This document shows, one piece after another, positions 7,627 through 16,876 of a stretch of DNA of 28,214 nt. How positions within the stretch are numbered: the first letter of the stretch is position 1; each line of letters begins with the position of its first letter. The DNA comes from Oligoflexales bacterium (GTDB taxonomy: Bacteria > Bdellovibrionota_B > Oligoflexia > Oligoflexales > CAIYRB01). The notes beneath the pieces were generated by a model, which was not told where the DNA came from, did not search any database, and saw only the letters and a list, made by a program, of their open reading frames with translations. The stretch spans positions 1 through 28,214 of the forward strand of contig JBGSUI010000233.1 of NCBI GenBank assembly GCA_041736175.1. The letters run 5' to 3'. Made by a program: the position numbers and the translations under genes.

Positions 7627-8421
7627 ATGAAGGTTGAGATTCTTTTCCAGCATTTCTCAGATGGCTCCGAGGTCCCCTCTAGGCGAGGGAGGGTCGATCC
7701 CTTTAAGGAGAGCCTGCCGATCAGAAGCGTTACTTCCCTGATGCTCACGATCGTAAATGCCCTAGACAGTGGGGTGGTTACGGACATTTCTCTCTGTGCA
7801 GCCTTAGAGGGACTCCCCCCCGAAAGTTTCGAAGCGGTCAACCTGGTCTTAAGGAGGTGTCCTTTTCCGACACGGTGCCTTTCTTCAAAGGAACCATCTC
7901 CAGGTCCAGGGGCTGTCCAGTCCCCGTTTGAGACGGTCTTGGGGAGCAAGGCTGATCTCATCTACACCACCGAGTCCTGCAGCCTACACGCCCCTGAAGC
8001 TCTCGAAGCTCTGGTGGTAGACTTTCAGGAGATCTCCAAGCGGATCACTAAAAATGTGATGCTGTCTCCCTATAGCTCCCCAGGACACCAAAGATCTCTT
8101 GCGCAGGTTAAGAGCTGTCAAGGTAGATATCGGAATTGGCAACCAACCGACGCAGTAAGTCGCTCTTTTTTGTTGGGACGTGGGGTTTATGAACAGCTTT
8201 TTTGTGGATTTGGACAGGATCAGATGGAGCTTGAACTCGAAGAGACTTTTGCCCCCCATGCTCCACTCGCTCTCCGTTTGCCAGATATGAGCTCCCAGCT
8301 TTTAGGAGTTTGGGGGGGGTGGCAGGAATGGTATCAAAACAGCATGATCATGCCACCGGAACTTTGGAAGATCTACCGGAGCCAGACAGGAAGTCGTCAG
8401 GAGAAGGATTTGATGCCATAA
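7627..8421 (+). CDS. Degenerate GT-A fold protein, paralogue of 9068..9874
   Basis: Colinear similarity to the 9068 protein, e.g. DLIYTTESCSLHAPEAL vs ELIYFVEDDYLHAPTAI. The ATG at 7627 was chosen over the TTG at 7573 because it aligns with the paralogue's start. Confidence 0.65.
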   Translation: MKVEILFQHFSDGSEVPSRRGRVDPFKESLPIRSVTSLMLTIVNALDSGVVTDISLCAALEGLPPESFEAVNLVLRRCPFPTRCLSSKEPSPGPGAVQSPFETVLGSKADLIYTTESCSLHAPEALEALVVDFQEISKRITKNVMLSPYSSPGHQRSLAQVKSCQGRYRNWQPTDAVSRSFLLGRGVYEQLFCGFGQDQMELELEETFAPHAPLALRLPDMSSQLLGVWGGWQEWYQNSMIMPPELWKIYRSQTGSRQEKDLMP

Positions 8422-8945
8422 AAATAAAGGTCGTGGGTTTTTGGTTGGACCTCAAAGTAATAGGCACAAAAAATATTCGGGATATCGATGGCTGACATGA
8501 TGTCCTGTTCCGTCAGGTTTTTGTAGTACATACTCCAGTTTTCGACGCCGCAGGTGAGAGGGGAGCTTCCCGGCTCGGATCGCAGGGTCCCGTGCTCGGG
8601 TCGGCCCGTGGTCGCGCAGGTAAACACAAAGAGGCCGCCGGGTTTGAGCAGGCGAGCAATCTTTTGCAACGACTCCGTATAATACATATCGTGTTCAAAG
8701 CATTCTGTAGAAATAATGGTGTCGTAGGTGCCATCAGGGGCTTGCCATTCATGGCATTTGGCGACGGCGTCCACCCCGTAGCCTTCGGCGATATCGATCC
8801 CCGTATAGTCGCAAGATTGAAATAAGATTCGATTGGATCCATTGATATCGTGGGATCCAACTTCTAGGACTTTGGCGTTAGCGAAATATTGGGGATAGTT
8901 GCTCAAAGTTCTAAAACAAAAGTCGAGTTGTTCGGAATGGGCCAT
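8397..8945 (-). CDS. Class I SAM-dependent methyltransferase
   Basis: VLEVGS motif I, YTGID, YDTIISTECFEH and LLKPGG. Confidence 0.9.
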   Translation of the reverse strand: MAHSEQLDFCFRTLSNYPQYFANAKVLEVGSHDINGSNRILFQSCDYTGIDIAEGYGVDAVAKCHEWQAPDGTYDTIISTECFEHDMYYTESLQKIARLLKPGGLFVFTCATTGRPEHGTLRSEPGSSPLTCGVENWSMYYKNLTEQDIMSAIDIPNIFCAYYFEVQPKTHDLYFYGIKSFS

Positions 8946-9067
8946 AATGGAGGGGCCTCGTAGGTCACGCGGTTTTGGTTAGACGCAGTCTTGTCCTCAT
9001 GGGATAGTATCCCCATACTCTATTCCTGATGGTCCCGGTTGAGCAACCATAAATAAGGCAGAAATCC

Positions 9068-9874
9068 ATGCGTCTTGATGTCTTTTTTAGAAGCTGTACC
9101 AGAATTCACTCCGTGCACCAGGTGGGCAGGCCAGGAGGTATGGGCAAATCCATGTTGACAGAACAGTGCCTACATTCTCTGGTGATCGCCCTAAACCGGG
9201 CCCTAAAGTCAAAACAGGTGTCGGCGGTCGACCTCACGATCGTCGATGATCATTCCGATTCTTTAGATGTAGAGCGAATGGAAGTGGTGCTTACCCGCTC
9301 GGATTTTCCAAGCCGGCTGACCCCTCTGGTGACGAGTGGCAACGGTAAATCCCTTAGGTGGTGTTATGAGACGGCTCGGGTCCAAGCCCCCGAGCTGATC
9401 TACTTTGTGGAAGACGACTATCTCCATGCGCCCACTGCGATCAGCGAAATGCTCCGGATGTTTGTCCAAACAAAAAGCCGACTGGGCCAGGACGTGGTGA
9501 TCTTTCCCTGCGACTATGTGGATCGATACCTGAATCCTCGCGTCTCGACGGTCTTACTGGGTGAGAACCGTTTTTGGCGGACCATCGACAGCACCACGGG
9601 CACCTTTATGATCACCCGAGCCATTTTAGAAAAATATTGGCCCATCTACCTACGGTTTACGGACTATGGTTTGGACCCTACGGTCACAGAACAGTCGACG
9701 ATCGACCAAATTTACAAGGAAACCATGTGCCTTGCCCCCATGCCGTCCCTTGCGTTGCATATGCATGAGGGGATGATCTCCCCCTATACAAGCTGGGAGT
9801 CCTGGTGGCAAAGGGTTAGCGCCGAGGCCCTTCCTGCTGCGACCACAGGGTCCCCTGGGGGCTTAGGAATGTGA
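9068..9874 (+). CDS. GT-A fold glycosyltransferase (GT2-like)
   Basis: IVDDHS, GNGKS and IYFVEDDYLH (DxD-type metal motif). AAGG SD. Confidence 0.8.
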   Translation: MRLDVFFRSCTRIHSVHQVGRPGGMGKSMLTEQCLHSLVIALNRALKSKQVSAVDLTIVDDHSDSLDVERMEVVLTRSDFPSRLTPLVTSGNGKSLRWCYETARVQAPELIYFVEDDYLHAPTAISEMLRMFVQTKSRLGQDVVIFPCDYVDRYLNPRVSTVLLGENRFWRTIDSTTGTFMITRAILEKYWPIYLRFTDYGLDPTVTEQSTIDQIYKETMCLAPMPSLALHMHEGMISPYTSWESWWQRVSAEALPAATTGSPGGLGM

Positions 9875-10596
9875 TCGAGGGAGAGCAGCAGCCGATAGGG
9901 GTCAAATTCTCGCCCATGAAATCCAAAGCTAGACTGCAGATCGTAGGGGGCGACTTCGATGGGTTGTTCCAGGGAAAAACGGGCGGCAAGCTCCAAGGGT
10001 GCAAATCGAATACCAGACGACTCCATAAACTCCCGCAAGATGCGGCACAGGATAAAATCCTCCGGCAAGGACCCAAATAATTGATAGTTGATGTCTTTGC
10101 AAAGAGACAGCAGCTTGCGGCTTCGCAGGCTAAAGCCACCATTGCCCACGCGGTTGGCTACGGAGATGTCGTGAATCACATAGTCACCCCCGAGTCGCCG
10201 GGCGGTGGTTTGTTGCCAGGGAGCCCCGAGATAGTCATAGTCCAAAAACTCAGGGAGCCACAGAGCAGGGTTGAGCACAAATCCGTCGGCTTGGACGATC
10301 AGACAGTAAGGAGTGTCTATAAAACCATGGAGATCTTGAAAGACAAATTTGCTGTATTCTGGGGCACTCTCCAACTGATTTATTTTGATGTGACTGATTC
10401 GAGGATCTAGGGCGAGGGGGGTGTTATGGGACAGGAGGCGAACCGCCCCAAAGTCTATGCCCAGACAGGAAAAGCATAGAGCCTTGTGGGCCATCTCGGT
10501 AAAAAACTTGGTAGAACGGCCCTCGATGGCGACTAAAGTCACTTCAGAGAGCTTTAAACGGTGGTTGGGGGTCATGGTCCAGCCATCCTTTCTCAT
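9784..10596 (-). CDS. DUF5672-like GT-A fold protein
   Basis: LIVQADG, FLDYDYLGAPW, VGNGGFSLRS, PED, AARFSLE and FGFH. The start may instead be 10575. Confidence 0.8.
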   Translation of the reverse strand: MRKDGWTMTPNHRLKLSEVTLVAIEGRSTKFFTEMAHKALCFSCLGIDFGAVRLLSHNTPLALDPRISHIKINQLESAPEYSKFVFQDLHGFIDTPYCLIVQADGFVLNPALWLPEFLDYDYLGAPWQQTTARRLGGDYVIHDISVANRVGNGGFSLRSRKLLSLCKDINYQLFGSLPEDFILCRILREFMESSGIRFAPLELAARFSLEQPIEVAPYDLQSSFGFHGREFDPYRLLLSLDHIPKPPGDPVVAAGRASALTLCHQDSQLV

Positions 10597-10688
10597 CGTA
10601 TGGTGTTTCTTTGGCTCTGGTTGAGAGAGTGAGTCTAAAGAAAAATCATAGAAGAGACAAGATGGGTTATGGACAGGTGCGATATCGC

Positions 10689-12323
10689 CTAAAAATCGTT
10701 GAGCGTGATATGGTCCAGGTTCCGCTCGGCAATCGCCGCAATGGTCAGGGAAGGATTGGTACAGGCCGCAGAACCGGGCATCAAGGAACTATCACTGACA
10801 TAGATCCCCGGATAGTTATGGAGTCGGCCATATTCATCACAGGCTTTCCCCATCACACAGCCGCCTAGGGCATGATAAACAGCGCTGTCGTTATAGTTTC
10901 GTTTGAAATTATCGATCAGTGAACTGGTGATTCCGCCATTGGCTTTGTTGAGACGATCCATCACCCGCAGCAGGGCGCGGTTAACCAGGGTTTGGCCATT
11001 GGCCTCCCCTTGGGGCCAATCAAGTTTGACTTTATGACTGGCAGCATCATAGTAGAAACGGCCCCGGCTGGGGTTGATTCCGACCGAGAAATACAGTAGC
11101 AGCCGCGCGTCGAAGCCGAGGGGAAACTGGGGATGCTCGATAAACACGGGAGTGTCTTCGTTGTCATAGTCCTCAATCCCAAGGGCAGGAGGCCCACCCT
11201 GCCAGCGGCCAGTGTTTTCGTGGATACCGACACGCAGAGCGTAGCAATTGCCGTTGTTGCCCCAGCCCTCTCCCACATGTTCGTTAAGGTCTGGAAGCCA
11301 ACCTAAGGCTTTTGCTTTGACGAGGAGCGATGTGGTGCCTATGCTGCCCGCATTGAGGAATAGCTTGTAACAGGTGTAGGTATGTTTGGCGATGACCTCG
11401 CCACATTCATTGAGTTCTTCCACCTCGATCTCATAGAGATCACCAGCACCCCGTTTAATCCCAGTGACTGAGTGGAGGGTTTTGACCTCTAAAAGCCCTG
11501 ACCCTTCGGCCATGGCGAGGTAGTTGTCCGTAAGGGAGACTTTGGCTTTGCTGTTGGTTCCATAGACGGCTTCGCCGTGAATAACCGATGGGGGAGCCCT
11601 CCCTTCCACTTCGTCCCGTACAAGATCCCATTTATAGCCACCTTGCACCAGGGCCGTTTGGATTCCAGCCCGGTCGCAGTGCTGCTTCATCACCCGGACG
11701 TGGGTGTAGGCATCGGACTGGTAAATATCTTCGGGCATATCGGCCCGGTGCATCTGGGCCGACACATGGTCGTAGTAGGATTGGAGTTGGGAAAAGGGCA
11801 GAAAATCTGGGAACACCAGATTAAAAATCCTTTCCTCTGGCTTGACCAGTACCCCGCCATAGACGACCGAGCCGCCCCCATAGGCTGCCGCTTGCAGGAC
11901 TTGGAGGTTAGAGAGGGAGTTGTTTTCTAAGACCCCAGTTCCTTTAATGACCGGGAATTTGGGGCCAAGGGGCAGTGGGGTCCAATGGCTGCGCCATGTG
12001 GAGCGTCCATCGGGCGTCAAAAGAGACGAAAAAGTCTTTTCTCCATTGTCTTTACGTTCCCAGCGTCGGCCTCTCTCCAGGAGAGTCACCGATTGGCCCC
12101 GGGCTGTGAGGCGCTGGGCTGCGATGGCTCCACCAAACCCGCTGCCGATCATCAAGACATCACGGTGCTCTCGGGTTGTCGGGATGCGGCCGCGGAAAAA
12201 GCTAGGAAAGCCCATCGCCCTAGGAGCCCCTACCAGCGAGGCGGCACCTAAGGCGCCGATATTTTTAGCTAAAGATCTTCGGTTTAAGGGGGTCTCTGTG
12301 TGATCTTGATTTTGATTTTTCAT
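10689..12323 (-). CDS. GMC oxidoreductase, cholesterol oxidase-like, probably Tat-exported
   Basis: LNRRSLAK Tat-like leader, IGSGFGG FAD-binding motif, LLERG, GGGSVVYGG, GWGNNGN, YHALGGC and NPSLTIAAIAER. GAGG SD. Confidence 0.8.
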   Translation of the reverse strand: MKNQNQDHTETPLNRRSLAKNIGALGAASLVGAPRAMGFPSFFRGRIPTTREHRDVLMIGSGFGGAIAAQRLTARGQSVTLLERGRRWERKDNGEKTFSSLLTPDGRSTWRSHWTPLPLGPKFPVIKGTGVLENNSLSNLQVLQAAAYGGGSVVYGGVLVKPEERIFNLVFPDFLPFSQLQSYYDHVSAQMHRADMPEDIYQSDAYTHVRVMKQHCDRAGIQTALVQGGYKWDLVRDEVEGRAPPSVIHGEAVYGTNSKAKVSLTDNYLAMAEGSGLLEVKTLHSVTGIKRGAGDLYEIEVEELNECGEVIAKHTYTCYKLFLNAGSIGTTSLLVKAKALGWLPDLNEHVGEGWGNNGNCYALRVGIHENTGRWQGGPPALGIEDYDNEDTPVFIEHPQFPLGFDARLLLYFSVGINPSRGRFYYDAASHKVKLDWPQGEANGQTLVNRALLRVMDRLNKANGGITSSLIDNFKRNYNDSAVYHALGGCVMGKACDEYGRLHNYPGIYVSDSSLMPGSAACTNPSLTIAAIAERNLDHITLNDF

Positions 12324-12444
12324 TTTCTCACCTCACTATGGAATTAAAGCTGACAAGGCGGGCTGGGAACCGGCGTATTGTACCTGGGTTTTGCAAAATG
12401 TAAATCAAAATCAATTCATCAAAGTATTGAGTTAGGGAGTTACT

Positions 12445-14049
12445 ATGTATAATATAAAAGGCCACAATCAAAAAAACGCACATAATAACTACATTAGGAA
12501 ATGTCTAAAAATGAATAATAGTTTTCTCATTCTACAAAGGAGTCTCTTTTTTTTCTTGTTCCTTGGAGTCCTCATGAGTTGCAAATTAAAACAGAATCAA
12601 GAAGGCATGAGTTCAGTGTTCGCTGACAATCAATTTGGAGGGGGAGCTATACAGCTTAATAGTTCCATCAATATTTATGGACAGGCAGAGCTAGAAGACT
12701 GTTCTTCTCTTGTCAAAGAAGCGGTTAATTTAGAAAATCATAGCCTCTCCTTCACCCCGACACTGTGGTATCCTAACGATCAGAAAATGGCATCACTCAT
12801 GGAAGTCAAATATGGAGTCTTCCACGACAAAGGCAAAAAGGGCGAGTATTTAGAAATAAATTCAGGTTTGGTCCAAACCATTTACGCGGGTTACAAGGCT
12901 TGCTTCACCACGGCCTTTAAGAGTGGTATCCGGGACGTGACGATCCTACCCCATAGCGATTCCGTTCCTTCAGCCAACCGTACAACGGTGAATTTTGATA
13001 TTATACCTAATCCACAAGCAATGGAGACTGACTGCAGTGGGATGGAGTCAGGAAAATTATCTAATTTAGACAACAAATCATACTATGATGTTTTGATTCG
13101 ACCTATATCCTGTGCCCTTGAACAAGCAGTCAAAGACGCTAACCTGAAAGGCCAGGCTCAGGTCAATTTCAACTTAAGTGGAGAGATGGGAGCGACGGTC
13201 TATCATAACCCCGAAGATTATATCGTCATGATAGCGGCTGTCAAAAAACTGATCCCTAGCGCTAAATTAAAAATTGGCCTCTCATATAACTGGGATTTTT
13301 CACTCATCGAGGTAAACGCCAGTGGGCAGAAAATCGAAACCCTCAAAAGCCTTTTTAAAAATTTAGACTTTTTTGGGATCTCCGCCTATACAGAGCTCTA
13401 CAGTTTGTTAGGAAAAAATACCCAAAAGGCAATTATCGAAACCTTTGACTGCTGTAAAGATGAATCCGCTATGTTAAAAAGAATTAGCGAGTTCAAGTTT
13501 GATTGGAATGAGATGAGCTTCGAAAAAAACTGGGATAACTTTTTAAATTTAAAACCATACTCCAAAGATCCGCAAATAAAGTCACAAGATGGCATGACTC
13601 CTTGGGATTTTATTAAAGATCTCAATCTAGAACTTCATTACTCGGAGGTTGGCGTGGGCGGGGGAATAAAGCCCCTTAAGACACGAGCAGTCAAACACTG
13701 GTTCTGGCTCTTTAACTATCCATATATTGGAACCGAGGACTGTGGTTTCAAATACTTTTATAGCCAAGGAGACCAAAGGACCATGGATTCCGAACTTGAA
13801 CAGGATGACGTGGTGATGACAAATCTCAAGGGATACTATAGCCGTGTCCTAAAAACCCTCTCTACGAACACTTACAGCCATTCCGACGCCGATAAAAATT
13901 GGAAAAAATTCAAAGTCACTCGGGCATACCTTTGGAATACGGGTTCCTTCGACGTCCAAGGTCTTCACCGAACAGGGAAGTCTTGTGTCAAGAAACCGAT
14001 CTTGGAGATGATCCGATATCACAACAAAGGGATCCAGAGTCTCCAATAG
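12445..14049 (+). CDS. Hypothetical lipoprotein, possible TIM-barrel glycoside hydrolase
   Basis: Lipobox VLMS-C if translation starts at 12511. LSGEMG, DFFGISAY, HYSEVG and YLWN are spaced like clan GH-A motifs. Visibly AT-rich. Confidence 0.55.
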   Translation: MYNIKGHNQKNAHNNYIRKCLKMNNSFLILQRSLFFFLFLGVLMSCKLKQNQEGMSSVFADNQFGGGAIQLNSSINIYGQAELEDCSSLVKEAVNLENHSLSFTPTLWYPNDQKMASLMEVKYGVFHDKGKKGEYLEINSGLVQTIYAGYKACFTTAFKSGIRDVTILPHSDSVPSANRTTVNFDIIPNPQAMETDCSGMESGKLSNLDNKSYYDVLIRPISCALEQAVKDANLKGQAQVNFNLSGEMGATVYHNPEDYIVMIAAVKKLIPSAKLKIGLSYNWDFSLIEVNASGQKIETLKSLFKNLDFFGISAYTELYSLLGKNTQKAIIETFDCCKDESAMLKRISEFKFDWNEMSFEKNWDNFLNLKPYSKDPQIKSQDGMTPWDFIKDLNLELHYSEVGVGGGIKPLKTRAVKHWFWLFNYPYIGTEDCGFKYFYSQGDQRTMDSELEQDDVVMTNLKGYYSRVLKTLSTNTYSHSDADKNWKKFKVTRAYLWNTGSFDVQGLHRTGKSCVKKPILEMIRYHNKGIQSLQ

Positions 14050-14052
14050 AAC

Positions 14053-14973
14053 TTACTTGTGCCGCTCCTGATTCCCGAAAAAACTGCGTATTTCGGAGAT
14101 CATGATTTGACTTAGCTCGTGATTGATAAAGTGTCCAGCATGGGAATAGCGTTTGACTGTTACATGTGGAACCAGGGTTTCAAGCCCGTCGAGGTTTTTA
14201 AGGGAGATTGCCGTGTCTTTTTCTCCCCATAAGACCAAAGTAGGTGTGGTGATCGATTGCAGTTTAGATTTATCAGAAGTAAGTTTACCGATATTGGCTC
14301 GGTAATAATTGATAGGGCCCTTAAGCCCTCGGCTCCAGGCTTGGCGGTAGCCGGCCCAGTCGTCGTCGGAAAAACTAAGGGGCGCGCTTTTTCCTAAAGC
14401 CTCCCTCAAGAATTTAAAGTCATGTTCTTTGCATCGATCTTCGCTGCCTTCAGCCACCAAAAACTTAATATATTGGGCCATGCGCTGCTGTTCGGGGTCA
14501 GAGGCAAAGAGGCGTTCGTAGATAATGGGGTGGGGGGCATTCATAATCACCATGGACCTCACCCGCTGTGGAAAATGGGCGGCAAGCTGCCACCCTAGAA
14601 CGCCGCCCCAGTCATGGGCCACCACATAAAAGCGGTCGTGTCCAAGGGAGTCCATCAGCTCTATGAGATCTCTTACGAGCAGGCCAATGCTGTAGTCGGC
14701 CACGGTAGTGGGCTGGTCGCTTAAATTATATCCCCTCAAATCAGGGGCAATGGCGCAGAAATCAACCGATAGATCTTTTAGATATGGGAGCCATCCACCG
14801 CTGTATTCGGGGAATCCATGGAGAAATAACACGGGATTACCATATTCCCCCTGCTGTAAGTAGTGAAGGCGCAGGGTGCTCAGCTGAGCATACTTTGAGG
14901 CGACTTTCCTAGAAGGGAGCGTTGTTGCAAGAGACATGGTAAACCTTCTGTTTTGGGAGTTTGGGCTTGTCAT
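14053..14973 (-). CDS. Alpha/beta hydrolase, epoxide hydrolase family
   Basis: HGFPE, PDLRGYN, AHDWGG (Asp nucleophile), WGEKD and AGHF. Probable start at 14937. Confidence 0.88.
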   Translation of the reverse strand: MTSPNSQNRRFTMSLATTLPSRKVASKYAQLSTLRLHYLQQGEYGNPVLFLHGFPEYSGGWLPYLKDLSVDFCAIAPDLRGYNLSDQPTTVADYSIGLLVRDLIELMDSLGHDRFYVVAHDWGGVLGWQLAAHFPQRVRSMVIMNAPHPIIYERLFASDPEQQRMAQYIKFLVAEGSEDRCKEHDFKFLREALGKSAPLSFSDDDWAGYRQAWSRGLKGPINYYRANIGKLTSDKSKLQSITTPTLVLWGEKDTAISLKNLDGLETLVPHVTVKRYSHAGHFINHELSQIMISEIRSFFGNQERHK

Positions 14974-15008
14974 ATCTGAGATAGAGATAGGGCATTTTTT
15001 CTGCCCGC

Positions 15009-16769
15009 CTAGCGACTCTCGGATTTACCAGGGCCTCGGCAGGTTAAAAGTGGGTGCACCCAGCTTCCTGAAGTATGGGTGAATCCCGACTCCCCTGATT
15101 GGACGGCAAGATCGAGATAATGGATGCCTTCGATTTTGATATCGATAGGGTTGATGCGGCGGCTGGAGGTGATGTTCTTGCTCCTCGCTAAAAGATGCCC
15201 ATCACCCCAAACTTCGAATCCCAAAAGACTGCCCTTAGGGCTACTGTCGTCCAGCCCCACCAAGGTCTGAAATCGCTGGCATTGGCGCCCCACAAAATAC
15301 CGTATCACCGAGGGAGCCTGTACCAAAAGGCCGCGGCTATAGCGGATACCCGAAATCAAGGGCATAGGCTGGTCCAGACCTACGGTCGAACCGAGTCCAG
15401 CGGCATAAACAGGAGTTCGTTCGGATAAGAGGATATCTCCTGCTTCCATAGGCCGCTCCTTACCCATGACAACCACCATCGCGGAGCCAAAGGGGGGTAG
15501 CTGCCATTGAAAGGGGGGAGACAGAGGTTCGTCTTCCCAAAGGTCTCGGATTTTGAGCGGACCGTCAAGCCCCCAATCAAGGGGATCTAGTTTAATGGTT
15601 TGGTCGGTGGATGTTTTGTTGATGATAGCGATGACTCTTTGGCCAGATTGGGCCATGGGTTTTATCCAAACTCCATAACGATCGGTTTGGAGGCTCGGAA
15701 AACCCTGGAGTCCTAGGGCGTCATGGTAGAGGGCTAGGATACGGGAATTGGTGATGATGTTGCGATGGAGTTTGTCTAGATGATTTATGTCATAGCGGAT
15801 CAAAAGAGGGGCGCCTAAGAGAGCCCAAAGGCTCCATTGGGTTTTCTTTTGGTCTAGGGTCGTTAGGACCTGGGGAGGCCACAGGGGTCCAGGTTCGTTC
15901 CAATGACCGCTGCCGGAAAAAGCGGCAAACCGGCCGGAGGCCTTACTTTGCTCCAAAATCCCCGGCCACTCGTTGGCAGGCTGATCCCCGAGGGTCCAGA
16001 GGGGGGCGATTTTTTGGCTCCAAGCTTGGGGTCCAAGGACCCCCGGGTCATTGAGGCTTAAGAGGGGCTGGGGAACCTTGTCGTAGGTCTTTAAGGCTTG
16101 GGAAAAAGCTTGGTACTGGGCGAGCCGCACCTCGGGTGGATCTTCGCAAGCTTTTAAGGGAGACATGCGGATAAAGTCAACGCCACCGTCCACCAGAGTG
16201 GCCGCCAGGGGGAGGGCTGAAGCTTCTAGCCGATGTGCCGGCGCTGTCCCGGCGGCTGAGAGTGTCGCGGACCCGTGACCCAACTGCTGGCCCATGTGAT
16301 TTTGACAGGAGCCTAAGGGAACATTAAGGCCCAGTTTAAACCCTTTTTCGTGGAGTTCGTCTGCAAGGGATCTGAGTCCCTTGGGAAACCTGATGGGCTC
16401 TGGGACGAGTTTGCCCTCGCGGAAAGTATGCCAGCAGTTTTCTAAGACGATGTATTGGAATCCAAAGCGGTCTAATCCGGTCTTGGCGATCTCCTGAACG
16501 ATCTCTTTCACCGTCGCTTCCGACAGTTCACAGGCTGGTTCGGGGACGACGATGGACCAACCCATAGGGGGTTTGCGGGCCAAGTCGGGACCTTTAGAGA
16601 CGTCTGTTTGAAACAAGCTTTGGATCGGGCTGAGATCGAGATCGATGGGTAAAAAACTTTGCCCCCGAAGACTCGGCGATGGGGTGAGAGAAGCCGTCAC
16701 AACTCCTGAAATAAGGAGGAAAGTCTGACGGGTCCTATGAAAAAAGGCCTGTTTCCACGACCGTTTCAA
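15009..16769 (-). CDS. GH27 alpha-galactosidase-like protein with a C-terminal NPCBM domain; catalytic motifs degenerate
   Basis: PPMGW, RFPKG, LHEKGFKLGL, SLWALLGAPLL and the NPCBM segment FQTLVGLDD...FEVWGDG. The TTG at 16769 has GAGGAG 6 nt upstream (the ORF track starts at 16847). Confidence 0.8.
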   Translation of the reverse strand: MKRSWKQAFFHRTRQTFLLISGVVTASLTPSPSLRGQSFLPIDLDLSPIQSLFQTDVSKGPDLARKPPMGWSIVVPEPACELSEATVKEIVQEIAKTGLDRFGFQYIVLENCWHTFREGKLVPEPIRFPKGLRSLADELHEKGFKLGLNVPLGSCQNHMGQQLGHGSATLSAAGTAPAHRLEASALPLAATLVDGGVDFIRMSPLKACEDPPEVRLAQYQAFSQALKTYDKVPQPLLSLNDPGVLGPQAWSQKIAPLWTLGDQPANEWPGILEQSKASGRFAAFSGSGHWNEPGPLWPPQVLTTLDQKKTQWSLWALLGAPLLIRYDINHLDKLHRNIITNSRILALYHDALGLQGFPSLQTDRYGVWIKPMAQSGQRVIAIINKTSTDQTIKLDPLDWGLDGPLKIRDLWEDEPLSPPFQWQLPPFGSAMVVVMGKERPMEAGDILLSERTPVYAAGLGSTVGLDQPMPLISGIRYSRGLLVQAPSVIRYFVGRQCQRFQTLVGLDDSSPKGSLLGFEVWGDGHLLARSKNITSSRRINPIDIKIEGIHYLDLAVQSGESGFTHTSGSWVHPLLTCRGPGKSESR

Positions 16770-16876
16770 GCTGAACTCCTCACTATGGGCAATGGGATGG
16801 GGGCACTCGAAAAAAAGGAGGGAGCCGATTCTGGCTAAGAGTAGCATGAGTCATGGTGAGAACCCACGGTCTTTTT

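Noticed and set aside
8999..9016. Imperfect palindrome ATGGGATAGTATCCCCAT between divergent genes
   Set aside because: Short, imperfect and single-copy; cannot be told from chance.
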